DNA of 63,691 nt, filler included, from Phoronis australis (GCA_002633005.1; 5 parts of 5 records of this genome joined end to end with filler, not necessarily neighbours in it); one strand, 5' to 3'. Positions 1 through 15,076 are shown, counted from the whole stretch's first letter. The notes: generated from the letters alone by a model not told the origin. Program-made: numbers and translations.

Positions 1-1030
1 ATTAATTTTTTGATGACCTTTCCACTAATTGACCTCTTCCGGTGCATTATGAGCCCCGATGAGGCAGTAATTATTAACTCCATTAAAAGTGTGGTTAATG
101 CTAATAATGACAGATGTTTTACTTTAAACACTTCAGAATACAAGATGAATGAAATTGTCAAATTTTCAGAAGAAAAATGCACCTAATGACCCCATGGGTG
201 CACCAAAATGACCCAAAAATTTAGAATTCAAACTCTATTGCATCTAGTGAACAGATATGTAATTTTGCAGTCTCTAGCTCAAAATTTAAATTTTGCACTC
301 AATGACCTTTGACCTATTTTTTATGATTGGTTAGGCCTATTGTGAAGTAAAGTAGGGTATTCAATTGGCATGTTGACTTACATCAGTGTGCTGAAATTGA
401 AAAAATTCCTTAAAAAACGTAAGATATAACATTTTGAACGTTACATGACCTTTGCACTAATTGACCCTATCCTGTGCATTATAAGCGTCTTTAGGAGAAT
501 TGCTGCAAAGCCCATGGAAAATGTTTAAAGCTGAGAATCACAGTTGTCTAACGGTTGACACATCAGAATACTTGCTAATTGAAAAAGTCAAATTTCAGAA
601 GAAAAATGCACCTAATGACCCCATGTTTGCAGTAAATGACCTGAAACTTTGGATTTCGATTTGATTTACCTGTGGCAATCAGACCTGTCAATTTGAGGTG
701 TCTAGCTCAAAATTTTAGTTTGCTCCTAATGACCTTTGACCTATTTTACCTGACTGGATGACCCGATTACTTAGAAAAGTATTTTTAAATTGCCTTATTG
801 ACTTATACATGTACCTGTGTATCGAATTTGAAAAGAATAGCTTTTAAAATACAGAAGGAGTACCAATTTGAAAATTACATGACCTTTGCACCAAATGACC
901 TCTTCCGGTGCATAATGGAATATGGATATATAATGAATCAAATTTTATATACCGCCGAACATAATATTTTGAATTTGATGAACATACCTGCAACCATTTT
1001 GGAGTTATTAAGCGTCAAAGTTGGTTAGAA
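1..1030. repeat. Diverged ~433-bp tandem module (~2.3 copies), rich in TGACCT(T)TGACC; probably the interior of a non-autonomous element
   Basis: ATGACCTTT(C/G)CAC(T/C)AA(T/A)TGACC block recurs at 13, 445 and 879; GAAAAATGCACCTAATGACCCCATG occurs at ~170 and ~600. Confidence 0.75.
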
Positions 1031-1061
1031 GAAGAATAAGAATAAGAATAAGAATAAGAAT
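1028..1061. repeat. (AAGAAT)n microsatellite
   Basis: Read directly: gaagaagaataagaataagaataagaataagaat. Confidence 0.9.
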
Positions 1062-1870
1062 TATATAATTGAAGAAAACCCAGGAACAACAATGCTTTGA
1101 TGTACGAAAAGATCCCGACTGCTACGTTAAATATCGCATCACATATCACAACAAACAAAGATTAACCCGACTGGCGACTGCCGCGAAGTCGACATCAGTT
1201 AACAGGCATCGGTAGAATAATCTTGGAATAATCGTTAAAATAATCTCAAACCTTACCTTTGTATAAGGTCGTGCTCATAGAAGCACTCTTTTCACGCAAT
1301 CTCAGATTCAGTTGGCACAGCTGCAAGCCATTTCACCATGTATTTAAAGGGCTTGCGAAATCGAGACTGTTAGTCTATCACCACTAGTACATGCGCGCCC
1401 TTTAGTTGTTGTAGATGTTCCAAATGGCCCCACTTCACAGAAATAACCAACTCCGGAACAATACGAATGCAAAGAAATGTCACTCATGTGCGGTGCAAAC
1501 TCAGCAGCGCAAGATAGAAATTGAGATTCCAGCGATGGATATCTATTTTTAAAGAACATTCTATACCACTTCTCAAGTGCACGATATTATCTCTTTTATA
1601 CTCGCAAAGCTTTTCATTTCTAGCAGGGTCTTGGCGTAATTCAACTCTGCCCTTGTTTTTGGATTGCCAAATGCTTGCAATTGAACTATGAAGATAAATT
1701 CCACCCTGATAACACTGGCGCCACATTGAATGTTTTCTTAAAGGTACTATAAACCCGCTTTCCGTTATAAAAAGTAACTTTGGACTCGGATCACTTGCCG
1801 TTGTGAATTTTATACAGAGTGCTCCTTAGTCAACTTGTAAGTGTTATCACGGCTTTGAAAGAACTGTTCT

Positions 1871-2241
1871 GTATTGCTTGACACTAACCTCCGCAAGGTG
1901 TCATGTAATACCACGTTAATTCAGTATTGCTTGCGACTAGCCTCTGCAAGGTGACGTGTAATACCATGGCTGTTCAGTATTGCTTGAGACTAACCCCTGC
2001 AAGGTGTCATGTAATACCAATTTAGTTCATTATTGCTTGGAACTAGCCTCTGCAAGGTGTCGTGTAATACCATAACATTTCATTATTGCTTGAGACTAGC
2101 CTCTGCAAGGTGTCGTGTAATACCACGTTAGTTCAGCATTGCATGAGACCAACCACTACAAGGTGTCATGTAATACCATGACTGTTCAGTATTGCTTGAG
2201 ACTAACCTTTGTATGGTGTAAGGTAATACCGTGTCAGTTTT
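1871..2241. repeat. Minisatellite, 7 x 53 bp
   Basis: Unit ~GTATTGCTTGAGACTAGCCTCTGCAAGGTGTCGTGTAATACCAnnnnnnTTCA starts at 1871, 1924, 1977, 2030, 2083, 2136, 2189. Confidence 0.95.
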
Positions 2242-3145
2242 CGTACGGCATGAAGGTCGTTGGGATGCACGCAGAGAAAAATGAGTACTCATATGTTCAC
2301 TGTTTCCGACATATTCACATTGAAAATTTTAGAGTCAGCCAACTCAAGTGTCTTGCAAAGCTAAACAGTTATACATGTAACACTCAGTTTTATATCTCGT
2401 CTTATATTAAGAGAATAAAATAACGCGTTCCAGAGTTTGATACTTGCTGCTCAGACACTACAACGAAGGCTTAGCGTTGCCATTGTCACATTCGGGAAAA
2501 ACCACGGAGTCAGGGACACGCAGTGTCACACTTCCAAGATTTGATAATACATGTACATTGTACTTCACTGACTTGACTTATAGACATGTGTACGAACATG
2601 TAAACAGACAGGATGCAGACCCACTACATCAATACCTAAACGGAGTGGTTTAACATGGAGTCGGGTTGTGACAGAGAGGGTGGAAAACTTTGGAGAGGTT
2701 AATATGCGAACGCTCAATCCTGTCAGTCTAACACAAAATTAAAAAAAAAAAAACTTTCACTTAAGGAATTGTTTTGATATTTTGTCCTTCTAATTTGTTG
2801 TTTTCACCATAAACTTGCTTCAGGGTGCAACATACAGTAAGAAGTAAATGACAGCGCAAGAAACTAAATACCTGTACATGTTTATGTACATGTATATGTA
2901 CTTGTATGATGATAATGTCTGGCGCATATACGCACATGTGCATGTACGCACCAATAGTTGCAACTTCGTAAACTAAAACAGATTGAACGTTTTTGTTGTA
3001 GCGACCATTTCAGTAGATGTGACATTTGACAGTATCCACCACAGAAGTCACAACTGTAGCGTGCAATCACAAACAGGTGAATTCTGTGCTTCAAAACTGC
3101 ACCTCGGAAAATTGACAAAATTTCCAAGACGTTTTGCCCCTATCG

Positions 3146-3192
3146 AGTGCTGTAGTGGGTGTAGGCGCACGTAGACGCAGTCAACCACCTTT
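3146..3192 (-). mobile_element. Truncated end of the hAT-like MITE family also at 4261 and 40935
   Basis: Reverse complement matches the AAAGGTGGTTGGCTGCG...CCACTACAGCACT end of the full copies. Confidence 0.6.
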
Positions 3193-4260
3193 CTGCCTGA
3201 TACATGTGCAGGATTCTATCTGCCAAAAACCTTTCAACGAATATTAACTCTTGCATTTACCAGTCGCTCAATACATTTTTACACTTGTAACACCTAGGGA
3301 GCTGACAAGGTATGATATGTGACGCATTTTGATGTTTAAGCAGAACATAAACTCGTTCTTATGACTATATCCCGAACAGCAGAATCGAAGAATATGAAAA
3401 TAACAAATAAACCTTGAGTTCATAATTTAAGTTTGAGACAGCTAGACACATTTTATATTTACCGCCAGATTAGTCTTCAGGAATCCCAAGGATCAGGCAG
3501 TACATCCTGGGTCCGAAGCAATCTCTCCTTCAACTTCTGTCAAACATTGTTTGGTGGGAAATAAATCTTCTTTCTTTAAACACACGTTGTGATATCTTGT
3601 TTTACTATACAGTGTATCTCAAGAATGGCAGATTGGTGTTTTACGTTATTCTGCTGCTAAAGTTTTGGTTGATCTTTTGCATATGCTGAAGTGCTGCGTC
3701 ACCTACCGGTCAGTTTCTTTCTCCTACATGTAAATTCTTCTATAAACTGTTATTCTTCCACGAAGTTGGGTATGTGTCACACTAAATTAACCCAAAATGG
3801 CAGTGGAATAAGTGCATCATCTCAGATTAACTAAATATTCACCGATATAACAACAAAGAGTTTGCACTAGTTTTACCCATAGTAAATCAAAAAGAAAAAC
3901 AAATTAATATAAGTTACGTTTTTTATTGTCAAAGTTTAATATACAAAGGCCGAAAACAATTGGAAATTACCAGGAGATGCTTCTAGTCAAAGTCTGAGGC
4001 AACTGGCAACGGTCTTAGTAAATTCGAAAAATTGTGGAAGTTTCATGTCCGATTCCGGGGGTTACTAATTTAAAGGCCAGGGTTCGTGTTTTCAGGGCTG
4101 GTTAGAAGTTTGGAAGATGTGGGAGTCTGCTTTAAACTCGGGAATATCTGTTTTTTACCAAATTTCCCTGTTCGATGGAACACCCTGACATCAACAGATG
4201 GTACAGGTTTGCATGGGGCGTGGATTTCCTTTCCAGGATTTTTGAGTAGCGGCCTGTTAC

Positions 4261-4452
4261 CAGTGCTGTAGTGGTAAAATCAGAGGTAAATGTAAGCAGT
4301 CCACCGTATCACCTTGAGCACTCAATTGAAAAAATGCACTGAATTCGCCAATATAACGTAACTTACGGTGCTTAGGCGCTACGTTCAAACGTCAAAAAGC
4401 GGTTGGCTGCACCTACATGTACATGTACGTGCGCCTACCCCACTACAGCACC
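4261..4452 (+). mobile_element. hAT-like MITE
   Basis: TIR CAGTGCTGTAGTGG ... CCACTACAGCAC; interior homologous to 40935-41080. Confidence 0.7.
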
Positions 4453-7400
4453 ACTTGTAATTCGATGCTTTACCCTGCCATCGTTATTCCAAAAGAAACG
4501 ATGATATTCGACTGTGTTAGGACATGCTACACTGTATAGGCAAGTGGAGCAGTTTTTGGTTTGAAACGACTACAGCAATACTGTATGGAAAAGTTCTATA
4601 GCGTGTATTCAAGGGAGTACAATAGCTTGTAAGGGGTATCGGTTTAACTGAAACTAGCTTGCAGACATTCGGGATGATAGTGACCAGCAAAATATGAGCA
4701 ACCTAAGGCTGTTTCTTAGTCTCGTTATTTTTTCCAATAATTTCATACCTGATATGTACAACAATCTGCAAACAATTAAGAGTACTTACGCAGAAAATAC
4801 AGTAGAATCCTAAACTAACCGAGTATATTTACATATGCATAATTTCGCCTCATAAATTTCAACCCAGCATGTCCATGGACGTACATGCAGGTCTGACTAT
4901 AATCTGAGGTAAACTGTCCTGGAGATTCATAACTAACGGAACCTTATCTACATTTAATGAGAACAAAAATTGATAGATATCAAAGGCACAGGTAGATTCT
5001 TTACTTTTAAAGCCAAGATCTGTCTTACGGTAGTTTCATGTAACCGGCCGTATTATTTTACACTGTCTATACACAACCGTGGCACACCGGCCTTTTCACG
5101 AAGTACTGCAACTGAAGCCTCAGCATTGTGTTTGCTGCCGCATGTACAATGTAGTACTATGCTTGCCATACTTCATTAAGTTTAAAGAGAAGTCAACTTA
5201 ACAAGAACTACTTAAGCAACAGTTAGGTTAATAAACAGGGTCGTCTAAGTGAAGCGTGTGTTGCATTTTCTGAACTAAAGAAATATCAAGTGGAAATGCT
5301 TATATTTACTCAAATGTTTCACATGTAGATAAATGTCTTACACTTCACTGATCGGAGCAGGTTAATATCCTAGTGTAAATGTTCATGATTTTGCCATTTC
5401 TTGTAAATTCCTTATATAGTGGATTTGTGCTGTAGGCACTGTATGTCTCTTCGTGATTTTGGGCTGAAAGAATGAGTCAAAAAATTAGTTGCCAACATAT
5501 TCCGGGCACGTTACGTATGCAACAAGAACATGTCTTGAGAATTTCTTGGCGACTTAAAATTACTCTGGTGAAGACAGTCCATGACCGTTGTTTGTCAAGC
5601 ACTGGGATTGTCCTTTTCACATTCGCTGTCTTCTGAGGTAAAAAATTGTATGCCGGGATCTAGCGTGCAAACAATGGATCCGCCTAGTGCCACAGTGCAA
5701 TATTGTTGGTGATATTATTAGAGGATATAATCAGGACGTCTTACATTTGAATTCAAAGTATATTCCACCACAGAGTTTAATAAGTTCATTGCTTTCAGCT
5801 TAAGCATGACATGTCGCAATTGCATGACGTGAGTGATTCGATAGTGGTCACATATCTACGCGGTTGTCCATTCGGGATGGAAGAGTTATTAACCCGTTTA
5901 CATAATAGTTTAGATTCGTAATCGCCGTTATCATTTTACTCAAGTGCTCAAAGTCGGAATTCTTTCTGACCTGTGACAATTCTTGAGCAAAAAATTGATT
6001 TCGATGTTAGTTTACTAGTGGCTGCTGATTTGTCAAGAAAATGAGGGATTTGCCGATGAGGCGGCAATACTTGGAGGGGCTTGAAATGCAATATGATTAA
6101 TGAGTGGATGTGTGGAAAAAACAAAACTACGATGCGTTGTACAAAATTATTTACTGTAATGTTACATATGTCTTGAATGCAACTGGCTCGTTTTATCCTA
6201 ATTTGAAGGAAATTCAAACATTAACACAATAATCTTTTCAGTCAACAGGGACACACCTGCTGAATTATTGCTTTGAGCGGCTAAGCAGATAGAGGCAAAC
6301 GCTAAAAACAAGCTCAAAATCATAATCAATGGCAACCAGATGGCGCAAATAAATATAATATATCGAAAAATGGAAAAGTGTTTTCGTGTCTTAAGTACAA
6401 CTCTATTTGTCAAATTTCACAAAATTTCATCAACGAACTCCGAAAAAACTCATGAAGATGTGAAGCACGAATATTGCCACCAGAGGGCACACCAGTCGTT
6501 GGTGTGAAACTGACCACCCTCTATTGTCAGTTTTGAAGGAACTCGTCTGCACAACTTCACAAAATACTTGCATAAAGAGGTTAAGGAGATACAGCAGTTG
6601 AGACAAAAATGTGTCAATAGCAGACGGCGAAATTCAACATCATCTGCGCTCACCTCAACGAGAACTCACTGGCCAATGTTTATAATGATCCTTTTAAGAC
6701 GATTTACAGACATAAAATGCATGTATGTATCAAAACCTACTCTAAATTTTAAAAAATAGCCACTTCTTAGCAACGAATGATCAAAGCCCTCTAATGACGT
6801 CGACGTAATTTTGAAGGAAACCTGTCGTTCAGAGAAATCCGAGTAGACGGGCGAGATAACATAAAAATAAAAATCCAAATACGAAGCAAATTCCCAATTG
6901 GAACACTCTAAAATCCGTGTTCATGTAGCTGGTGGACCTGAAAAAAAGCATATGTAGCGAAAAACTTTGAAATCACCAAATAACATTGGACACAAGTTAC
7001 GATGAAAGACGTAGCACTAAGAACTACAGTGGACAAGTGAAATGTGTCTGCTGTTTGAAATACGTAAATCACCGTATATGCAGAAATAATAATCGAACTT
7101 TATGCGAGTGGTGGAGACAAAATGTTCGATTTCGAGCTCACTCAATAATAGCCGTGCACCGTATCAAAATAGATATACACTGTATATATTGGACGCACTT
7201 TTGCAAGCATTTTTCTAGCGATTGTTTTCCCAATTGGCACATGTGATGACCGCTCGGCTTCAATTTGGCACATTCGCAACTAGGAATTGATTGTTTTATA
7301 TTTCCGCAAATCTCGTCATTGTCATGCAAATGTGAGTACGGTGTGGTAGCCGATTTAGAACAGAGCTGCGTTTTCCATATATATTCATTTCACCGTGCAT

Positions 7401-8402
7401 TAAAGAACGTGCTCGCAGACATACGTGTAGGCTGTCCTTTAGATCTCGAGTTTTAATTTCGGCTGATGTCATGGCGGTCACACATTGTGGTAGAGGTCAC
7501 TCGATAGACAATACACCGATCGTTTTGTGTGCAGTGAAGTACATTGCCACCTGGCCTAAATTCCCGAATAAGGGGGGAGTTGTTTATTTTGTCTAGGTCA
7601 GATTCGGATTATAGAAAATAAAGACATGTACACATCGACGAGTGATCATTGAAGATATCATCGAGAAACTGGCAAATCGGAAATGTAAAGCAATTTTAAA
7701 AAAAGCATTCGACATCTTATTTTTAAATTCTTATAGGATTTCCATGGTGAATTGCCAAGACTCAATGTCGAAATTTGGCCAATTTTCGAGGTCATTCCTA
7801 ATTCTTCAAATGGAGCAGAATTAAGTTACTCAGTCTTGTTTTGTGACAATTTTAGAAATGAACAGCACAACCATGGACATATCTGAGAAGGCTCATCAAT
7901 TTTACCTTTTCTTACAAATTAATTGCAATATAATTCTACACGACAGCCATATTGAGTTGTAATGGGTCCCTAAATGATTGTTGTTTACTTTCAGGGTAAA
8001 ATCCATGCGTTTTCAACAAATTTCAGTTACATCCAAATTTAAAATGACTGTCGCCATTGACAACGGCATATTACCTGGACTACCTATGAGGTCCCAATCA
8101 AAATAATTACACAAAAGGAAATGAGAGAAGAAATTTTGGGATGCTAATGCCATGGAATAAATGTGCACATCGATGTCAAAAATACACATGTCGAGAGTAA
8201 AAACTTTGATTTATAATGCCCGTTGCTTTGCTTAACCCAGTGGGCCCCATTGGTGCAACGCACGAGTGGAAAACGTTCAGCAGTACATGTCGCCAGTAGT
8301 GGCCTGCACGCTTACTCTTGTTTTTCAGTTACTTATCTCCTTGTTTACGCCTAAAGCTATGCTATTAATATTATCTTTCAAAATGCATGCTGTTTTTCTT
8401 AC

Positions 8403-8514
8403 CGGCTCACGTGTTTGACGTCTTTCTTTGGAATGTTATAATCTTCTTTAGTGTGACTGTTAACATCCTTCTGTAACTGCTGCTGATGAGATTCGTTTGC
8501 AGAACCCCGTCTTC
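8403..8514 (-). CDS. Candidate linker exon of the ANK-ZU5-DED gene, following the DED
   Basis: ttattaacAG acceptor and GTAAGA donor; phase-1 start matches the DED exon end; open frame (G)RRGSANESHQQQLQKDVNSHTKEDYNIPKKDVKHVS; an alternative GTGAGC donor lies 8 nt earlier. Confidence 0.5.
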
Positions 8515-11500
8515 CTGTTAATAAATCGATACACACATAAGCATGGACAGTGCAGCACTGAAAAAAGTGGAGGGCTGAACTCCCTCAGCCCCCCTCCCCC
8601 TGTAGTGCACAGCCTATAGACCATCTTCGGTGTGGCTCTGAAAAAAGTGGGGCTATTGCTCCCCAGACTCCTAGGATGCACAGCCCTTGATCAGGTCTGT
8701 GAACAGTGTGGCCGCTGATTTTGTGGTCGTTTGGGTGAAAGTGAAGGCAACGAAGTGGCCAGCTGGAGACAAAAAGTGCCGCGTAGGTGAATGGCAACAT
8801 GTGTGCACATGACCACGGGGGCTTTCGGGACTAGTCACGCCTACTTTCGGGTAAATGACAAATATATGTATGGGGTATGCACCCAAATTTGTTCATTGCG
8901 TGAACAATTGACGCAAAATCCTTAAGTCTACAAGTCACATCAACAGTTAAACAACGTCGTCTCTTTCACCAATTTAATAAATAGTCCGTTGTGTTGTGAT
9001 TTTTGTCGGTACGTCGACCTGTTGTAATCCAAGCTAGTTTTATTCAACTGCGATTATCCGAATGGGTTTGTGCAAGATTTCGACATGGACCACTTCAGTT
9101 TGAGGCACCTCTGTAAAAACTTTGGAACTGGTTATTCTACTCTAGAAGACAGGACACACTGAAAATATTTTGGTGGCTTATCAGAACCGTGTTCCTTACA
9201 TGCCTTGAAGTGACACATTTTATTCATAAAAGCATCCCCAAGATAGTTTTGGTGAATGACAAAGGGCGGCGCTTCCTGATGTTGATTATACAGGAATGTA
9301 AACCTGTGCCATCTTATATTTTGAAGGAAATATTTTTTTATGCTCTGAATGTTTTTCTAAGTTAATTTGGTGATATCGGCATGTGTGTGTAATGAGTCAA
9401 TGGTTAAACATTTTTTGTTGATATGATGCTGGATCTCAGTGAAACGTCCAACGGTTAGACATAAATGTAGTCATGTGATTAAAATAAAAAATGCATTGTG
9501 AGTTTCCTGAACATAATATTAGGAGATTCGAAAAGGTTGTTAGGAAATACGTTGGCATTCGGAAGACATGCCCCACGCCGAGAAATTACAATGGGCGGGT
9601 GAGTTACTCAGAGCGACCAAAAACACAAGTATGCTCAAATCCGGTTGAAGGTTTTAGCTATCACTTGCAGACTTAGAAGCGAAGTGTGAAAAATTACTGC
9701 GTACCAAGGTTACCAGCCTTAATAAATAAAATGAGTAAACGCATAACGATTTTAGTCTTAAGTTGTGTAGTAAATACGTATTCCGCAACGAGAGTAGTTT
9801 CAAAGACGGTCAGAAAATAATTTGGTAAAATTTTGTCAGTTTATCTGATTATTTAAGCTCAAATCAATGACACATGATCTATTTGTCGTTTAAATTATTA
9901 AGTATTTTAGTTTAATTTAAACAATAACCCGCTTTAATCTCGGAAATCTCCGAAAAAGAGCATCGACCGAAATTTTCCTGCTGAATAACGCTGAAGAAAA
10001 GGAGGGCGCTTTTCAGAAATTAAACATCAAAATTCTAAGCGTAACTGCACTCCTCACGCAACAATATTCAGTAAAGGGTGAAAACATGTTTTATCACTCC
10101 ACCAACACACATTTAACAGAAATTGGTATGAACAGTGACCCTTTTTGAACATCGTCCCGAAAGATATTTCATTGAGTCTTGAAATTCAGATTATAGAATA
10201 AACAATTCCCGACTAGAGGGCGTTAGCATGAACCTAGGTCTTCCAGCTGAAAAACAAACGTTAGAGTTTAACCTCCGTATGCACATACACATAAAATAGT
10301 CCTGGGGTTAGTGCGCGAGCTTACGATGTACATGTATATAATAGGCGACAAATTTAACTGCCTACAGCGTGGCAAACGGCAGTAGGTCTACGTAATTTTT
10401 AAAAGATGGTGACCACTTTCGCATGCACTTACTTAACTGGTTCACGTGGAGAGTCTATGAGCATAATACTGTTTCAGAATATAAGCGTACCCGCGCATTG
10501 GCGTAGATATATGGAATGCCCCTGGCGTCACTTTCTGACGGGGCTTTTCTAACACGTTACGAGTCATCGAAACGCATTAGAGATGACTCGAAATGTAGTT
10601 CCGAAATGTGTCAAGTTACCGCCTCATAACTGTGCGACCAATAAGAGGATGTCGTTTGTTCAGCGATGTCAGTCAGTTTACGGCCCCAAGTGACCCGACA
10701 CCTGACAGCCTAAAAGGTCATCAGCCATCCCACTTTGCAATTAACGAATAAGGGAAAATTTTACATGCACACTTGCGTTAATTAAATGAATCATAATCCA
10801 TCTCTTTCGAGTGTAGCACACTTCAAAGGTACAACGGTGGCTTCTGAGTTAGAAGCGCATGTGCAGTCAAAAATTCTATAAACGAAAGATTTTTATCCAA
10901 ATAAACGAGGGCAATGCTGGAAGTGACGAGAACTGAATGACTTTGACCTTGGGGTGATTTTCACAATGCTGTGCCAACAGTTGGTGAGTCCTTTTAGGTT
11001 CTATTTCCATGATCAGTGAAGATGTACCAGTAGCTACCAAAGTGTTGCTTAGTGGAGACAGGCTATTGAGTAGGTTAAATTTTATACGAAGCAGTTCTGG
11101 CCCTTTTTATACTTTTTGTTTCAAATACTCAGTAAAACAGGATACGCTACACGTTTTTTGTGCGAAAGTAGTGGCCTGTTATTGTTTGTTTTCAAAGAAC
11201 TAAAAAGTAAAACGATCCAGAGGTTTTGAAAATTTAAAAACTCCTTTCCAAGTCATCTAAACTGGCAAGCAAGCGTGACCTACGCCAAGGGTCATGATGT
11301 CCAATTTATGACTCACAGGGATTAGATTTTTGTAGATTTTTGCTTTTATCTTTCACGATTAACGCTAGCAATGAATCACCAGGTGACAGAACTAGGATTG
11401 GCTGAAAACACCATAAAAAGTTAGTTATATTTAGGGAAAAACCCGGAAGCGAGCACCAGTTTTTAGCACCGGTACACAAAAGCTTAAAATTACATGAAGT

Positions 11501-12294
11501 CTAACTAGTCGAATGCATGTACAATCTCAAAATATTTCTCCAAAAATGTCTTCAGTAACCGGTGATTCCAAGAAATCTAGACATAGACTTTTTGTCAGTG
11601 CGAGTAGGAAAAGCCAAACGTCTCATATGTATGACGGAGAGAAACTTTTGTCAACTTAACACTAAGAGGAACACCAGACAAACACTCAAAATGTTTCCTC
11701 AAATCACACAAATGCGCCTCCCTAGAAGGACAATAAAAATTACATGTAATTATAATGTTATCACTGTAAACATGAACCAATCAAGCCAGTGTTCGTCAAA
11801 TTCAGTAGCGGCTGCATTTTCACAAATCAACAAATATCTTCAAAATAAAATAAGAATCATGCAGTGTAGGCCATCAAATTCAATAAAAAATCTCTCAACA
11901 CTGGAATGTGCAACCTCACACATCGAAGCAGCATACACCTGTACGAGTCTGTCATAACTTTAAATGGAAATCTCAAGTGTGGTGGGGTGCGTGCACACGA
12001 CTCCATTATTGAATTAGGGTTAAAGGCAGAATAGAGCTATTGTTTCAGTTTCTTGCTGAATCTAAACAAATAACTGAGGAATTGAAGCCGGTTGCAGCAA
12101 ATCCATGGTGAAATTTCAACGTGAAAGATTCTGGTTATGCAAGTTACACTGCGCAAGGGCTTTGCTTCTAAGCATGTCAATATCTAGTAGTTATTGGTGA
12201 GCACGTGTAGAATATATGCTTCCACAAGGACAAGTAGACATGATTGAGAACAATGAAAGTTTCAAAAAAGTGTGTATGAAGTAATCCACGTTAC

Positions 12295-12470
12295 CCAAAA
12301 GTTTTTGTATTTTATCAGCCAGTCTTTCCACCTTTCCCTTAAGTTTGTTCAATCTGTGGTTCTCCAGGAGTTCAATTAACTTGCTGTATTTTCCTATTCC
12401 AATGTGCCCTTCCACATCAAGCTGATCGAGTAGTTGGTGAGATGAATTGATTTCATCCATCTGTGCTCGG
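12295..12470 (-). CDS. Death effector domain (DED), C-terminal half; exon of the ANK-ZU5-DED gene
   Basis: gtgtttacAG acceptor, GTAACG donor; RAQMDEINSSHQLLDQLDVEGHIGIGKYSKLIELLENHRLNKLKGKVERL fits the DED helix 3-6 pattern; phase-2 join with 15077-15194. Confidence 0.78.
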
Positions 12471-15076
12471 CTGTAAACACAATAAAACCACTGACTATCC
12501 CCTTACAAGAGGTTAATCACTACTAAAGATTATAGTCAAGACTAATTAAACTAAATAATTAGTTGCGAACTGATTGTGGCATTATTGGGATGAAAACCTT
12601 CCATGTTATGCAAGCGTGACTAAAATGTGGCTCATAAAAACATGCGTCAAAAATGTAACTAATACATAATTATATATGTAGATTCCGCTAAAATGTGATC
12701 AATATATTTTGAGTATGACTGTGGCTAAAATGGGATTACCGCCTCTCTGTGTGTATAGGTGTTGTTAAAACGTCACTAGATGTGTGTAAATTGGCGTGTC
12801 TAAAATACAAAATTGGGTTGATACGAAAGTCCGAGTTTAGGAAATCTGTATTTAAGTATATGTTATTTGATTCCCTTGGTTTTGCCGAAATATAACGAAA
12901 TGCATTGCGTAAATTCTGACTAGGAGACTAACTTTGGCGTTTTTGTTAGACTGAGGGATTCGGATTTTTCTGATGTTTTATTAGTTTATGCATGAAAATT
13001 ATGATACCTGGTCCAATACCACTTCTTAGGGTTTCAACGTTAATTTTGTATCTTAGAATAACTTAAGAAACCAACTGTTGCAGTCATCAACAAGCTGTCG
13101 AGGGAAATTTTAACGTGCGCGTACTATAAAGAATCATTTAATATCTCCAAATAAATAAACTAATAACATATTTGGAACACGTACTCAAGAACGCGTTTCA
13201 TCTTTAAGTGAAAAGACTTCTAACCACTCCGATTGCATCAATGGCACTGTCTTTAACTCTAAACAGTGACGAATTATCCTGAAAATCTAGTCATGAACAG
13301 ATTTTCAGACTATAAAAGCTTTGATAAACGCTTTTGTACAGAGAATGTCCTAAAACAAGCCAACGCATTACTAAGTCGACGGGCGAATTTTCGGTAACTG
13401 CATCTTTTGAAAATCAGTCGGATTGTTCTGACGTATGTGAGAAAGCGTTGACGTGAAAGTTTGTTTATTTTTGCAAGATATTAGTTGAATATGGTGACTT
13501 GCAAAAACAACCCAGTATACGTAATTACCCCGATTTTTATCTCACGCGTATCTCGGTTTCCTTTTGTGAAAGTGAGGACAATCTCCCACTAAACTTGAAC
13601 ATTGGGTTGATTTCGCTCATGTTGCAACTCAACCTTGCCCGACGCCATTGAAACGTTGTTTCTATATACTGTTTGTGTTACAGTTGAGTGAACATGTCTT
13701 TATTGCAAACAACATTCACAATTTATTCCTGAAAAATTAAAGTGGATCCAAAAATACTAAAAGTTGCGTCTTCTCTTAGCTTTAATTCCGAGACATCTGA
13801 CACACTTTCCAAAAACAGATCGCTGACACAATCACATCAATTGACCAAGGTAATTGAAATTGTCTGATGAGCTAATCTTAATCAACTGAGTCAAATTGAC
13901 TCTGTCAGCAAAAACCTCGGTATACTTCACTTTTGTCTACTTCAGTAAGGAGTGAATAATTAATCCTAAACTTTGGTTTAAAGCTGAGCCGAATTTAAGG
14001 CACCGTTCCACAGAAACGTATTTGCGTTCAGGTAAAATAGATTAACACCATTTCAATTGAAATGAGCTTTTCTCACTTAAATGAGCTTCGAAAAATGTTT
14101 TTAAAAGGTCGTAATACCAAACCATGAACTTATTTTGGATAATGAAGGTGCGTCTGAAATATGCCAATGAAGTACCTAACATGTGACTTAACCTGTTAAA
14201 ATGGATCGTGAGCATTTCTCAGCCACATTTTAGTCATGAATCTTATATGTTGCTAAAACGCAACAAAATTATAACTGACCTACCGTAGGGAAAGTATTGG
14301 CTCCACAGAAGAATCACTAGCCAAGACATATCATGACACAAACTAAATATATCAAGGTTACACTGTTGGTAATTGGAGATGTTTATTTCTGTAGATGACA
14401 CTTAGAACCAACTCAAGTGCATCATCCATGATCACCATTTTTCTGACTGAATATACTGAACAGATACAGGTGCGCATTCATCAGCGTAAATAGGTCTTGT
14501 GATATCAGGGACGAACAGTTTGACGGCTGTGCCTGAACGCAGCATCCTCCTCGTGCATGTGAGATGCACCTCAGTCAGACACGCCACAAACAATTGATCC
14601 TCTTTAGGTACAATGACAACTTATACCCGAAGAGGGTGAGGACGTTTCCATTCATTACGCGGCAGAAGACCAACTTGGCACATTATATCTAACCCTCGTG
14701 ATGCTAACCATTAATAATTTACACGTGAATGTTTGTTTAATTTCCAAAATTCTCAGAAAATGGTCAATCAAAAACAATTTTCGATTTTATATCGTGTTCA
14801 ACTAAAATGCAACATTAAAAGATCTCGTCGTCTTGCTTTCAACACAATTGATTTCGCCCATTGTACTTATGTACCCATGATTCTATGCTAAATGTGACCG
14901 AGTTGACAGTCGTTAACAATGTGCAACAAAACGCAACACTTTACCCAAGCTGCGTTCTTTGCAGCTACCCAAAAGTTTTCCCAACCGATCAAAGGTGAAG
15001 AAACTTATTAATGAAAAGTCGCTTCACATACACGTTTATTCAAGTAACAGCTAAAATTAAACGTTTCTGTACTTAC

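Noticed and set aside
1256-1726. Overlapping minus-strand ORFs as downstream exons of the death-fold gene
   Set aside because: Interrupted by stops, with no recognisable domain or phase-consistent splice path
1871-2241. 53-bp array as a CRISPR array
   Set aside because: Head-to-tail units without unique spacers, no cas genes, and a eukaryotic context
10433-10454. 22-nt micro-exon after the DED exon
   Set aside because: Its phase-2 end does not fit the 8514 exon, and it is too short to distinguish from chance
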